NCBI RefSeq assembly: GCF_018350175.1 | Contig: NC_058368.1 | Location: 132,000,001 to 132,064,000 of the forward strand | Length of the DNA: 64,000 bases | Direction: 5' to 3' | Source of the DNA: Felis catus | Taxonomy: Eukaryota | Shown here: one piece after another, positions 49,711 through 63,146 of the stretch | Position numbering within the stretch: the stretch's first letter is position 1 | How the letters are laid out: each line of letters begins with the position of its first letter | Translations under genes and position numbers: made by a program | Notes under the pieces: model-generated | Databases searched by the model: none | The model's input: the letters and a program-made list of their open reading frames with translations, nothing else | Told to the model about the DNA's origin: nothing

Positions 49711-50214
49711 GAAAACACAGAACAGAACAACTGCTGCTTTACAGAAGTTTAAATCCTAAAACATGTAGCACACATACATAATCAATCAACTTACAATTTT
49801 TAAATTCATAATGCACTGCAATACAATGTACTTTTCTTTAAAATGTCTTGTCTTGGTTTTCTGCTTTTTCTATTTTCTAGATTTTACTTGTGGTAGGCTC
49901 AGCACAGACCTCCTGGGGAAAGACTTGTGCCAGAGAGGAAAGATAAAAGATTCCTTCCATAAGTCACCCATGACAGGAAGCTTCCCCGAGGCTGCAGGGG
50001 GGATTTGAGAATGGATTTATGGGGGGAGGGAAGGGAAGGGATGTGGCTAAATACTGTCTCTGAGAGGATGATGTCCAAATTGATCAGTTTTGCCCCAACC
50101 TTTCTGTTTTGGGGTCTAATAGACATCTCCAACTTACTTTCAAACCAAAATATTTTATTTCTACCACCACTCCCCAACCAGCTCTCACCACACCCCTCAT
50201 TAAAGCATACCACT

Positions 50215-50432
50215 GGGGTGCCTGGGTGGCTCAGTTGGTTAAGTGTCCAAATCTTGATATTGGCTCAGGTCATGACCTCACAGTTCATGAGTTCGACCCC
50301 CACATTGGGCTCTGCACTGACAGTGTGGAGCCCGCTTAGGATGCTCTCTCTCCCTCTCTCTCTGCCCGTCCCCCACTCATGCCCACATGTGCTCTCTCTC
50401 TCTCAGAATAAATCAATAAATTTTAAAAATAA
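50215..50432 (+). mobile_element. Can-SINE
   Basis: Full body; near-TSD taaagcat(ac/gt)cactgg. Confidence 0.92.
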
Positions 50433-50439
50433 ATAAAGC

Positions 50440-52800
50440 ATGTCACTGGTCACCTAGTTCCATAGGCCAAAAGCATGGGAGTCAATCTCCAAGATTTCTC
50501 TCCCCCTAACATCCACAGCAATCCCACTGGCAAGTCCTATTGATTGTTCCTTCTAAAGATATCCATAATTTAACCATTTCTCACCACCTGCCATCCTCAT
50601 CATCTCTTCTGTCTAAGCCACCACCATCATCTGCCTGCATTAATGCAACAGCCTCCCAGCTGGTCTATTTTCTTCTACTTTTGTCCCTCAAAGATGTTAC
50701 TCCATGTGGCAGCGGGGATCTTTAAAACCATAAGTCACAGAACCCTGCTCAGAACCTCTAATGGCTTCTCATCAAATTCAGAATGAAATAAAAATTCCTC
50801 ATCATGGTCAACAGTATAGATACCACGTGGTCTGGTCCCTGTCTACCTCCCTGCGAAGTCATCTTGCACATCTACCATTCTCTTGCTCATTTCACTCTAG
50901 CCACATTGGCCTTCTTGCTGTTCCTTAAAAACCCTAAGCTTATTATCCCTTTGCATTTGCTATTCCCTTTGCCTAGCTTGCTTTTCTTTGCCCCCAAACC
51001 TTTTTAGAGCCCACTCCCTAATTCTATTCAAGTGTCACCTCCACAGAGACAACTTCCCTGGACACACTTCCCAACCCCACCTCCAACCATCACTCTCTAT
51101 CTCCTTACTCCACTCTTCTTTGTAAAATATCACCCCCAAATCACATTTTCTATTTACCTGTTTATTTATTTATGATTTATCCCATTAAATTTTATGAGAG
51201 CAGGGATTTTATCTTATTCATGTTTCCCCATGAATCTTATTCTTGTTTCCCCAGTGACTGTAACATTTTAAGTGTTCAATTAATATTAATCTAATGATAA
51301 ATATATTCTAACAAGCCTAAAACTCATATTCAGACTTCCTTACTGATATCCAGATCCATATATTTCGTGTATCTGTCTAGGACCCGTATGTCCCAAAGGA
51401 AACTCAAACTCAGCATGTTGAAAACTGAACTCAACTGAGCTCATTATTACTTCCAGCTCTCCTCCCACAGCTGTTCTTCCCTCCTCATTCCTAAGCTTAA
51501 TTAACAGCATTATCATTCACCCAGGCACCCAAGATGGAAATCTGGGCATCATTGCAGATTTCATGTTCTCTCTCACCCCCAATCTATCACCAAATCTTGT
51601 CATTTCTATTTGTACCAGGCTGTGTTCTTAGTTACAAATAACGGAAGCCACTCTAGCTAGCTTAAGCAAACAAACAAACAAAAAGAATTTATTAAGTTGT
51701 TCGATAGCAGAGAGAATCTTCAGGAAGGCCTGCGAGTCCGGCTGTCCAGTAGACACCCTGCTGCTGCTACCGCTGGCTGGTGCACTGTGCGTCACATCAC
51801 AGGCAAGCCCTTGGGCGGAGAGTGACTACAGGGTCCCCCCACTACCCTTGTCAGAATGGATTCCATGTGCTATCTTCTTCATAACCCTCTTCCCCAAAAT
51901 TAAGTCTTGATGGGCAGAGGTCAGATTTTACGCATGCGCCCCATCTGACAGGGACGCTGGGAAAGTGAGTTTCCGGCTTCTTCTTTGAGGAGAATGGACA
52001 CATCAGCTGGGAAATTCCCCAACCATGGGAAGGGTGTTTGGGAAATGCTGGGCAGCCACCAGGCATCACAGATGTCAGTTAACACTATGTTCTGTTTCCC
52101 AAGTCTACCCCATCACCACTGACTCAGTTCTAGTCTTCAGAGTCTGTGGTCTTGACTAATGTGATAACCTCCTAACAGGCTAGCCTGCCCCTTTTCTCAC
52201 CTCCACACTAACGCTAGAGCAATACATCTAAAAGCAAATCTTACCATGTCACTCACTCCCTTGCTTACCATCCATTATTTAAAAAGTCAAAAGCTTTCAC
52301 TCCCTTTAGACAAAGTCCAAACTCCTCAGGCTGGCATATGGAACTTCTCACAACATGGCCCTGGCCCATCTTCCCAAGATTCTCTCCTCACTCAGGATCC
52401 TGTGCTTCAGCTGCACCAAACTGTTTGCCCTTCTCCAAATGTCACCTGTTCTCTCCTGTTTCTATTGCTTTATACACATTCCTTCCCCCTCCTTGGAATG
52501 GCTGTCTCCTCAACAAACCCTTACTCATCCTTCAAAAGTCATCTCAAGCATCACCTTCTCTGCCTCTACCCTCATCCCTGCCTCATTCAGGACAAGACAC
52601 TCCCAACTTGGCTCTCCCTTGATGCCTACCTCTAGCAGTACTTATGCTATTATGTTGTAACTGTTTGCTTTTATATCTGTCTCCAAGCCAGGAAGGAGCT
52701 AGACTGTGATCTCAAGGAAGGCAGGAACTATTGTCTTATTGTGTATCCCTAATATGTTGTCTGGCTCATAGCAGACACAGTAAACTTTAGTTGGGTGAAT
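50440..52800 (+). mobile_element. Cluster of L2 fragments
   Basis: Pyrimidine-rich L2 3' motifs (tctaagccaccaccatcatctgcctgcattaatgcaacagcctcc; aaaactgaactca; cttactcatccttcaaaagtcatctcaagcatcacc). Confidence 0.7.
51611..52083. mobile_element. Old MaLR LTR (MLT1K/L-like) inserted in L2
   Basis: Start tgtacc...gttcttagttacaaataacggaagccactctagctagcttaagcaaa...gaatttatt; end atgctgggcagcca...cagatgtcagttaaca. Confidence 0.6.
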
Positions 52801-53237
52801 AGTAATGCTGCCAAGAGTTGTCTGCTTTTATGGAATAGTTACTATGCATCAGACCCTGTCACGTAGGTATGATTATCCTCATTTTATACATGAGGGAAAC
52901 TTTTCTGGTATCATATACCTAAGAACCACCTGACTTGACATATGAACTCTTACTTGATTTCAAAGCCTGGACTCTTACTCAGAACATGCTACAGCCCCTG
53001 TGAATGAATGAATATGTGGAAGAAAGGATAAATAGATGACCATGTGACACTGTGTCTTGTCCTCTGCAGTTAGAACTCCTCACACTCTAGCCTAAACAGC
53101 CAAAAGCCTTCCCTTGTCTTTTTGCCTTTTTACTTATTTCATTCTGCTTAAAATACAATTGTTTTCCCATGCTCTTGGAGACAGTGAGCTCCTTGAGGGC
53201 AGGGAGTTATACCTTTCTCCCTTCCATGTCCACCATT

Positions 53238-53622
53238 TGTATTAGATTTGTAGGGTCGCCAAACTAAAGCACCACAAACTGGGTGGCTTACAACACAGAA
53301 ATGTGTGGTGTCACATTTCTAAGGAGCTGAAGTGTGAGGTCGAGGTGTGGGCGGTGCTGAGGCACTGACGGAGGATCTGTTCCAGGCCTCTCTCCTGACT
53401 TCTGGTAAGTTCCTTAGCTTGTGGCAGGAAAATGCTCATCTTCACATGGCCTTTTTCCTATGTGCCTATGTCTGTATTTCCCTTTCATAAGGAAACTGTG
53501 GCTTTGGACTAGGGCCCACTGGATCATCTGCAAAGACCTATTTCAAAACAAGGTCATATTTACAGGTTCTGGGAATTAGGACTTTAACATATTTTGGAGG
53601 GGACATAATTCAACATGTAACA
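53238..53622. mobile_element. MaLR solo LTR (MLT1B/C-like)
   Basis: TGTATTAG...accacaaactgggtggctta...gttccaggcctctctcct...ggggacataattcaacatgtaACA. Confidence 0.82.
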
Positions 53623-54289
53623 CTATGTTGTCTGGTAAAGTGTCTTGCAGTTAGCAGATGTTCAGTTAAGGTTTCTTAAAAGATCTTGAATACCCCCCAG
53701 GAAGACCTGGCCCCCAGCCAGTATGTTTGAGACCCTCTGCCCATGGGCAAGGGTGAGGTGGATAAGCACTATCTGATGTCCACATCATTCTCTGCTAAAT
53801 CTCTGCATGGCTGGTGGGTGGAGAGGAGACATGGTGAATGAGGCTCAGCTTCTCTTAGAAAACATTATTTCCTCCCAGGAAAGGTATAATGTCCTGGGAC
53901 TCATCTGTGGATAAGAAGAAAGGGATTTGGGCTGGCTGCTTTTGTGGCCGTGGTGTTGGGCCAAGAAGCTGTAAACATGCCATCTTCTGGAATGTGTCTG
54001 CCTGCTTTGCTTGGCAGATTTCTCAAGGATTGGGTCAGCTCCAGCCAATGTCCGAGTCTCTGCATCCTTACTTAGGGTCCATAAGTATCTATCCTAGTAT
54101 CCACAGCCCACTCCTCTGTGCCTTCTTTTCTCACCCCCAGGCCTTAGAGTCATTATATTCTATTTTTAAAATTTGGACACATATCATATTGAGCACTTCT
54201 TAGATGCCTGGCACTTTATGCACTTTGTGTCATTCAACTTTGCCATACTAGCACAAACCAAACTTTTCATTTATTTGCAGAATACATAT

Positions 54290-54988
54290 TTTAAAATGAA
54301 TAATTTTATCTGTAAATTTTTTTAAATGATAGAAAGTGTAACCTCTGTCCTGGATAAGAAACAGGATATTTCCAGTATTCTAGAGGTTTCTGTGGCCCTC
54401 TCTCCAATGATACCACCCTCTCTTCCCTGCAAGAGAAACAGCATCTGAATTCTGTATTAATCATAGCCCTCTTTTCTATAGTTTACCAACTATGCATGCA
54501 TCTCTTAGAGTATAATACTTTGTTTTACCAATTTTGTTCTTTATGTAAATGGAATCATACTCCTTGTAGTAGTCTTAGTAGCTTATTTCTTTCAATCATC
54601 ATTATGTTTTTAAAGATTCATCCATGTTGCTACATGTAAAAGTAGCTTGATCATTTTCTCTGCTGTGTAATTTTCCTTTGTATAACCTGCCCCCCCCCCC
54701 CACACACACAATCCATTCTACTCTTTATGGATATTTGGAGTGTTATGAATTGGAGCTATTATGAACAATGCTGCTCGTACATTCTTCTACATGTCTTTCA
54801 GCTCACATAGTAAGAATTTCCCTAGGCTACATACTCAGAAATATAATGGATGAGTTTAGGATAAACACATTTTAACCTTACTAGGTAATGTCAAAGTGTT
54901 TCTGAGATGCTTATACCAAGCTACATTCCTGCTAAAAGTGGATGAGAGGTCTCATTACAGATTAGCCAACATCTGGATTTATCAGATG

Positions 54989-55034
<46 letters not shown>

Positions 55035-57170
55035 AAAGTGGGCTTCACACCCAGTGAGGAGCCTAGCCCAAAGCAGAACTTGAACCTACAACCCTGAGAT
55101 CAATACCTGAGGTGAGATCAAGGGTCAGATACCTAACCAGCTGAGCCACTCAGGTGCCCTGGAAATTATAATTTTAACATGTATTTCCTAGATTAATAAA
55201 AAGGATGAGCACTAGTAAGGTTGAACCCCTCTCTCATAAAGTACCTATTTTTGTCCATTTTCCTACTGGATTGTATTGCCTTTTTCTTATTGATTTATAT
55301 GAATTTTGAAAATACTCTGGGTACTAGTCATTTTGATTATTGATTTTATGTGTTGAAGTATCTTCATTTGTATGACTTTTTTTTTTTTTTTACTCTCTAT
55401 ACAATGTCTTTTTACAACAGACCTTTGACAGATTTGGATTTTTTAATATTTATTTTATGGTCTATGTTTTTGTATTTTGCTTAAAGAAATCCTTCTTTAC
55501 TCTAGACTATCATAAAGATATTCTTCTAATTTGTCTTCTAAAAGTTTACACCTTTGCCTTTCATATGTAAGTCTTTATTGTACTTGAACTTGCTATTTGT
55601 ATATGGTGTAAATTGGGATTTAATTTCAGGTTTTTCCATATGAATAACCAATTGTCCCCACACCATTTGTTTCTTTCCATGCTATCTACAATGGCTACTT
55701 TGTCCTAATTCAAGTTTTTATATGTCCATATTTTTTAGAGCCCTCTGTTCTGTTCTACTGATCTGTTTGTCTGTCCCTGTGCAGATACCACATTGACTTA
55801 ATTCTTGTAGCTCAGTTAGGTCTTGATATCTGGTAGGACAAATTCCCCAGCCTCTCTTCATCTTCCCAAGAGTACTGGCTATTCTAGGCCTTTTACTTCT
55901 TCATAAAAATTCTAGTATCGATTTGTCAAGCCCCAGGAAAACCTCTGGAGAATACTGACTTGAATTCTATTGAATCTCTATATTTAACAATACTTAAGCT
56001 ATTGAAGCTTCCTGTTGAAAAATCTGTTATCTGGCTCCATTTATTAGATCTTCGAATTTCAATACAGTTCTATAATTTTCTTCACAAAGCAGTTTCACAT
56101 TGTCTTCTTAGATTTGTTCCTACTTATATTTTGGTGTTTCCATAAATGATTATTTTCTTTAAAATACTTTTTTTTATTGAGCACTGATGATGAATGTGAT
56201 TGTTCATTTATTGCTCTTGAATCCAGTCTTGCTGCAAACTTACTTATGCATCCTCAATCTGTAGATCTTTTTGAGTGTTCAAAGCTTTTCTTTCCATTTA
56301 AATTTGCAAGCACTAGCTATGCAAACGATGCTATTTTTTTCCCTCTTCTTATCTTTTCTAATTTTCCAGGCAATGCATTGACTAGGGTTTCTGGTAAAAT
56401 ACTGGATGTCTAATGGACCTCTTTTTCTTTTTTTGGATCTAAGTAGAACATTTTCAATGCTTAGGGCACCTGGCTGGCTAAGTAGGACCCCTTGATCTTG
56501 GGGTTGTGAGTTTGAGCTCCATGTTAGGGAGTATATTGTATTTAAAACAAAACAAAACAAAACAAAACAAAACAAAATAAAATAAAATAATGAACATTTT
56601 CAATTTTCTTTTTAAATTAAATATTTTCTGTAGAAATTTTTGTGGATACTGTTTTCCAGGTTAAATACACCTCCTTTTTACCTCTAGTTGTTTGTTTTTG
56701 TTTGTTTGTTTGTTTGTTTTAAATCATGAATAGCTGTTAAATTTTATCAAATACTTTTTTGAGTCATTTGAGCCTAGTGGCTCTTTGTTTTGGTTTATTG
56801 TTTTGTGTATGTGTGTGGAAAGCTTGCAAATTACTAATTATTATTATTATTTTTTTTTAAATAAGGTAGGGCTATTTAAAAAACCCCCACTAATGTAGAA
56901 CTATTCAGATTTTCTACTTTTGGGGTAAGTTTTTCTGAGTTATATTTTTCTAGAATTCAAACCATTCCATCTAAGTTTTCAAATTCACTGGTATAAAGTT
57001 GTTCATAATGTCTTGTTTTTACCTATTAAATATTTTCATAATTGCAATTTTGCTTCTGCTATCTTTTTTTTTTGTTCTTGTTTTCATTCATAGTGTACTG
57101 TTTTCCTAGGATATTTTTCAGTTTTATTTTTATTACAAGTTGTTCATTTTCCTTGTAACTTTATCTGGAA
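54290..57170 (-). mobile_element. Degenerate old L1M fragments, with a (GT)n tract at 54992-55032 and short Can-SINEs at ~55035-55159 (-) and ~56463-56590 (+)
   Basis: T-rich reverse L1 motifs (gtaaatggaatcatac; agattcatccatgttgc; ttatgaacaatgctgct; gtcttgatatctggtag). Confidence 0.7.
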
Positions 57171-57654
57171 AAAAATGTTAAAGGCTTGAGTTGAAGGTGA
57201 GTACCTTTCAAGAAGATTCAAGTTACTTCTGTCAGTCTCCTGGGGCACTATTCTGGTACTACTTTAAGTTGCTTCTTCACACAACGTTTTTTTGACTACT
57301 CAGGTGGCATGAATTCAGACTGAAAACTCCTTATGAAGGCTCAGTTATGGTTATATAACCTTAGGGGAGGAGCTGTTCTGTCCCTCCACCCAGTGGCTAG
57401 GTCAATATAAGTAAGTCTCCTTGATCTCACCTTCCGTATAGCAGAGTTTTTTTCTGGCTCATGCCTTTGGAATCCTGGTTTATGTCTTATTCAGTTTCCA
57501 CTTTGGGCAAGCTCAAGGCTTTATCTCCAATTTCTCAAGTCTTGCATATTCATCAAAATAGAAGTTCAAGTTTCCTGGCTGAGGCAAAAACCTTAGAATG
57601 GAAATCACCTTGTTCCCGCTCTTAACCTCATTTTTGGGATTCACACATTCTTTT

Positions 57655-57867
57655 TGTTTTTTTAAGTTTATTTTGCTATTTTGAGACAGAAGAGTGCACA
57701 TGAACAGGAGAGGGGCAGAGAAAGAGGGAGAGAGGGAGAATCCCAAGCAGGGCTCCTGCGTTGTCAGCAAAGAGCCTGACAAGGGGCTCGATCTCCTAAA
57801 TCATGGCATCATGACCTGAGCTGAGATCAAGAGTTGGAAACAACCTACTGAGCCATCCAGGCACCCT
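57655..57867 (-). mobile_element. Can-SINE
   Basis: Reverse body ending gagccatccaggcaccc. Confidence 0.9.
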
Positions 57868-58419
57868 GAGATTCTCAGATTCTTTACTTTTAGGACACTT
57901 GAACAATGTGGTTTAAAAAACAAAAACAAAAAGCTTTCTTTTTATGTTATTTCATTTTAGTTGCTTCAGTTGAAAGGGTTAGTCAGGGCATCTAATTTGT
58001 TATACTTCCCCAAATTGAAGCCCAGGTGGTCTTTTCCAAATGAGTAAAATGAGGCTTTGTACAGCTACATCCAAGTCCAAAAGCCAGCAAATGAGTAGTG
58101 ATGACACCTGGAAGGAACTGCAGGTAGCCCGAACTTTCCACAGCCCTCTGATTAGTGGATACATGCAGGGCAAATGATTTAAAGCCAGACTCTCAAGCAA
58201 AAAGTCCCAAGAAGGCTTCTGTATCCCCTTGGGAAATGGAAGTTGATGTTGTGTCAAGGGAAGAGTGGCTGTTTCCCTTTGTGGTCCCCTCTTCCATGTC
58301 ATCTGCTCTTTAATACCATCTTCACTCACAAATCTGGCAATTTTGCATGTAATATCATTGGGAAGATGTAGGGATAGGGACCTTTGTACAATCAGTCAGG
58401 TCAGAAATTTGATACACTT

Positions 58420-59560
58420 TATTCCTATATTTAACAAACATCTGTTGAATACTTTACTATTCCTGGGGGATTCACTGAAAACAAGACCCAACATCTGCAT
58501 TCAGAGAGCCTACAGCTAATGCAGAAGACAGAGGAAGGGAGCAGACTCTTCAAGGGAAAGATGGCTGTTGCAAAGAGGTAAGCACTGGATGCCGTGGCAG
58601 GACCAAGGAGTCAGAGGCCAGGGAGAGCTTGCTGAAAGAAGTGACATCCGAGTTGAGATCTGAGGGCGAAGAGAGTATGACTAGGCAGAGAGAGGAGGAG
58701 ACCATAGTGCTCCATAGACAGGAAGTCCTGGACCCAGGAGTTGAGCTGAGGTGTGGCATGAGATAAGGCTGGAAGGCGGGCAGGGGTATATGGGAGAAGT
58801 GCCTTTTCAGTTGCCTTAAGACATGTGGGGTCTGTCTAGAGGGAAATAAGAAGCTGGAAGGTGAGTCAAGGAGAGTTCACTCAGAAAAATGACTCTAACT
58901 GCATTATAAGGATAGATTGCAGGGGGAAATGAGATTATGGTGGCCTGTGGAGACTGAGGCGTATTTAGGAGATAAGGCTTGGGAGTCCTAATCCTGGTTC
59001 TATCACTTTTTAGCTGTGTGATTTTAGGCAAACTACTTATATGGTCTTTTGTCTTAATTTTCTCATCCATAAAGCAATAGGATGACAGGATCCACTTTAT
59101 AGTGTTGTTGTCTGAGGCTTAAGTGAGTTTGCACACGTATAGTACTTTTGACAATATCTAACATGTATTAAGGGCTCAATCTTATTGTTATCTGAATGGA
59201 CAGGACTTACTGGGTGATTGAATAAAGGAGATGGGGAGAGAAGGATCAGAAATGGTCAATGGAGGCACTGAGATGATAAGGAACCCACGTGGAAGTGCAG
59301 ATCAACTCACTTGGAGGAGCCAGTGGGACATCCGTGTAGAGAAGTCTAGTTTACAGCTGGAAATAGCTTAGGTAAGCAGGGAAGATATCCCTGGCAGCAG
59401 CGGGGGGTGGGGGTGGGGACAGGAAACACTGAGCTGAGTTATGAAGGACAAGTAGGAGTGACTGAGGTGATAGGGAGCAGGGAGAGGAATCAGGCAGGGC
59501 TATGCCAGGGAGAGAGAGAAACATGTAAAAGCAGACCGGCAAGAGAAGGATATAACTGGA
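58420..59560 (-). mobile_element. L2 fragments with a nested MIR (~58970-59190, +)
   Basis: atttaacaaacatctgttgaatacttt start; gaagtgacatccgagttgagatctgag; MIR core tagctgtgtgattttaggcaaactactta...tttctcatccataaa. Confidence 0.65.
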
Positions 59561-60469
59561 GCAAAGGCTAAGGAAAGCAACAGTGGAAGATAGAACAGGG
59601 AAAAGGCAGGGGTTGGATCTTTTAAATGGTGCTGCAGACTTCATGTTTTACTGTCTCCTCAATACCCACAATGAGAAGGTGACTTTTTTTTCCCTCCTTT
59701 ACCTTTCCTGGAAAACAATGACTTCTTAAAATGTCCCCAACACCCAAAATGCTCTTGCCCTATTGCTTGAACTTAATGAAAATAGTTAATAGCATATCTG
59801 TTTTGTCAATATGGTAGTTTGTTATATATAATGCCTTTTGTGGGCCTAGACTCCTCCATAATTCTGCATCAAAGGGGTTCTTTCCAGAAAGTGGGGTTGA
59901 GGCCTGGCTACCTTTCTGTGTGTGGGATGCCTAGGACAGATGACAGACTTTGATGGTGAGGAAGAAGCTACTCTGCCCCTCTTTACATGTCAACCCTGTG
60001 GCAAAGAGCCAGCTCGAACCCTGGACCTCGCTTACTGTCAAACTCTCAACATGATTTGTTCTTTCCGCCTTTGAGGCTTGGTAAGCCACCCAAATTTAAG
60101 CCAGAAATGGAGCTTAAGGCCAACACTGACAGAACATCCTCATGAGTTTCCAACATCAGGAGCCCAGGTGTGCTGGTCATGACTCCTCAGGCCCTTCCCC
60201 CTCACTCTTCACAGACCTCAGTTACTGTAAACTGCCTGCAGCCTCACCATCAGGCAGCCTCCCCCGAATTTGGCCTGATGAGTCATGGGCTGCTGATTCC
60301 ACATCCCTAGTGAAACTTCCTGAAATCCTACACATTGGTATATGTCTATAAAATTGGGTCAGTGCCAGTCACTGCACTTCCCAGAGTCGCTAATATTCTC
60401 CCAGGGGATTACTTACTCCTGGCTCCATGGGTTCACTCAATATTAGGAAGGCATTAATTTTGGTGGAGA

Positions 60470-60700
60470 GCTCTGGGATTCTGCAGGAAGCCAGGCCTGG
60501 GTTCAAATCCCAACTTAGTTTCTCACTAGTTGTATAACCTCAGACAAGCTAAGTCTCTATTTCCTCACAGGTAAAATCCTGTCATACGGGGATGATAATG
60601 ACTACTTTGAAGGGTTGCTAGAAGGATTAGAAGCAATTATATAAAGAGCCTAGCATGTAGTAAGTATTCAGAAATTGACAGCTACCATTAATAATAGGAT
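60470..60700 (+). mobile_element. MIR
   Basis: cctgggttcaaatcccaact...actagttgtataacctcagacaag...tttcctcacaggtaaaat. Confidence 0.78.
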
Positions 60701-61809
60701 TTTGTAGGATCTAAACTTTAGGGTATTAGATTTCATGATTTCAGAGTTTCTAAGAGGAGATCTAGCCATTGGTACTGACATGCACTTTCCTGCCAGGCCA
60801 GGCAATGAGGTACGTTGGTAATAGTGAGGGTGCGGAGGTGATCCTACCCTGGACTCCAGGGACTCTCCTGATTTCTAGCCTATCCCCCATAGGACAGCAG
60901 GCAGATGAAAGAGCACGTTTCTCAATGGTTCACCCTTTCTTTGGGCAGAGGCATAGACTCCTGGGCTTCAGGGAACCTTTCTGTCCTCTGTATGAACCAC
61001 TTCTATAATTTCTCCAAGGCTAATACTTAATATGTCATTTTCTAATTAGCACTTCTCAGTCACCGTCTCCAACTGGTCCACAAACACCCTTGGGAACTTT
61101 GATGTGATGGACTCTCTAATACTCCCTGCCCCGCCCCATCTCACCGTGACCCTCTGCCCCAGCAGAGCTGGCAGAGAAGGGGATGCAGGAAGAGTCTCTC
61201 GCCCCATTTCTAACGATCATTTAGATCATTCACTGTAGGTTGGTATCTCAATCCAGCTTTGTTCTGGAAACATTCCAGACAAGGAAGGTCAGATACAATG
61301 CACCCACAACTTACCTTTAAGGCTTACAAGCTTAAAATCCCCTCTACAGTTCTGCCTGCACTGTAGGAGTGTCGGGAGAAAACAGGACACTTGCAAGGCT
61401 CCACAAGGATAATCCTCTGGGATTTGAGCAATCTTCCCAGCCAGACGTTACAATGTGCTAACACCCTTGTGAGTCATGAACTAACTCATGGTCAATTCTG
61501 TTTGGAGAACAGGATGAATAATTGAGAGTAACTGGGTGTTTGCCTGAATCTGGGCCTAACCCAGTATTTATTCTGTTTTCTTGTCTCTTTTTGCCTAAAA
61601 CAAACATGTCTAGTTTCCCATCTTCCTCCACATTCCCTGCCTAATCCTTCACTGGCTCTTAGAGAAAAGTACAAAGTCTTTCACACAGTCTAAAGACCCC
61701 TTTGGGAGGTCCTGCCAACATCTTCAGCATCTCTATGCCAAGCTAGAAAGACTGGAAATGAAGGCAGCCATATCCTTGGGGGGTACATGCCTAAAAGCCA
61801 TAATCTAAC

Positions 61810-62334
61810 TTTTTAAAACTTTCTCTTTTGGAATAATTTTAGACTATAGACAAGTTGCAAAAAATAAAACAGGAAGTTCACCCATTTCTCTAAACGAGCT
61901 TCCCTTAATATTTACATTTTATATGACCATAGTGCAATGATCCAAACCAGGAAAATACCATTGGTACAATACTGTTAACTGAACTACAGTCTTTATTTGA
62001 ATTTCAACAGTTTTCCCACTAATATACTTTTCCCGTTCCAGGATCCAATCTGGAGTCTCACACTGTATTTACTTGTTATGCCTTTTTAGTTTCTTCAATC
62101 TGTGATTTTCTTATTCATTGTCTTTCATGACCTTGACCTTTTGAAGAGTGCTGGTCATTAATTTTGTAGAATGTCTCTCAGTTTGGATATCTGCTATTTT
62201 CTCATGGTTATAGTGAGATTATCCATTTTTGGGCAAAAATACCACAAAAGTGATGTTATACTCTTCTCAGTGCATCATATCAAGGGGTACATGATGTTGG
62301 TATGTCTTATTCCTGGTGATATAAACCTTGATCA
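61810..62334 (-). mobile_element. Old L1MC-like 3' end
   Basis: ttttggaataattttagact...caagttgcaaaaa; gttccaggatccaatc; catgaccttgaccttttgaagagt; cttctcagtgcatcatatc. Confidence 0.75.
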
Positions 62335-62449
62335 CTGACTAGAATTTTCTTCTCTATGCTTTGTTTCTAAACATTTTCATTTCTTCTCTAATTATCCTTT
62401 CTCCTGTAGTGAACTCATCCTTTCTCATGAGTTTCAGTGTCATTTATCT

Positions 62450-63087
62450 ACACCTCAAATATAACGAAATTTATATTTTTATGCTGTATCTCTCCTTTGA
62501 ACTTCAGGCCATATGTACATCAGCCTACTTAATCTTTCCACTTGGATACCTAATAAGGATCACAAACATAATATTCAAAGCCAAACTCCCAAGTTTCCAA
62601 CCATCTTCTACATCTTTGTGAAAGACAGTCCATCTTTCCAGTAGCTCAAGCCAAAAATCTTGGTGTCATCATTCACTCTTCTCTTTCTTTCTCACTACAT
62701 CAGTGCATCAGAAAATGCCGCTGGTTCTATATTAAAAATCTATCCAGGCTGTAACCACTTCTTACCACCTTCTCAGCTACCACTCTCAAGTGAGTAAGTC
62801 ACCACCACTGCCATCTTCCACTTGGATTATTGCAATTGTTACCCAACTGATGTCCTTGATGTTGGCCTTATTTCCCTAAAGTCTTTTCTCCACAGAGCAG
62901 CCACAGTAATCTTTCAAAAGTCTAAGTCAGACCATGTAATTCCTCTGATGAAAACCCTCCAATAGGGGCACCTGGGTAGCTCATTCAGTTAAGCGTCCGA
63001 CTCTTGATTTAGGCTCAGGTCGTGATCTCATGGTCATGAGATGGAGCCCCAGGTCAGGCTCTGTGCTTGGTGTGGAGCCTGCCTGAG

Positions 63088-63146
<59 letters not shown>

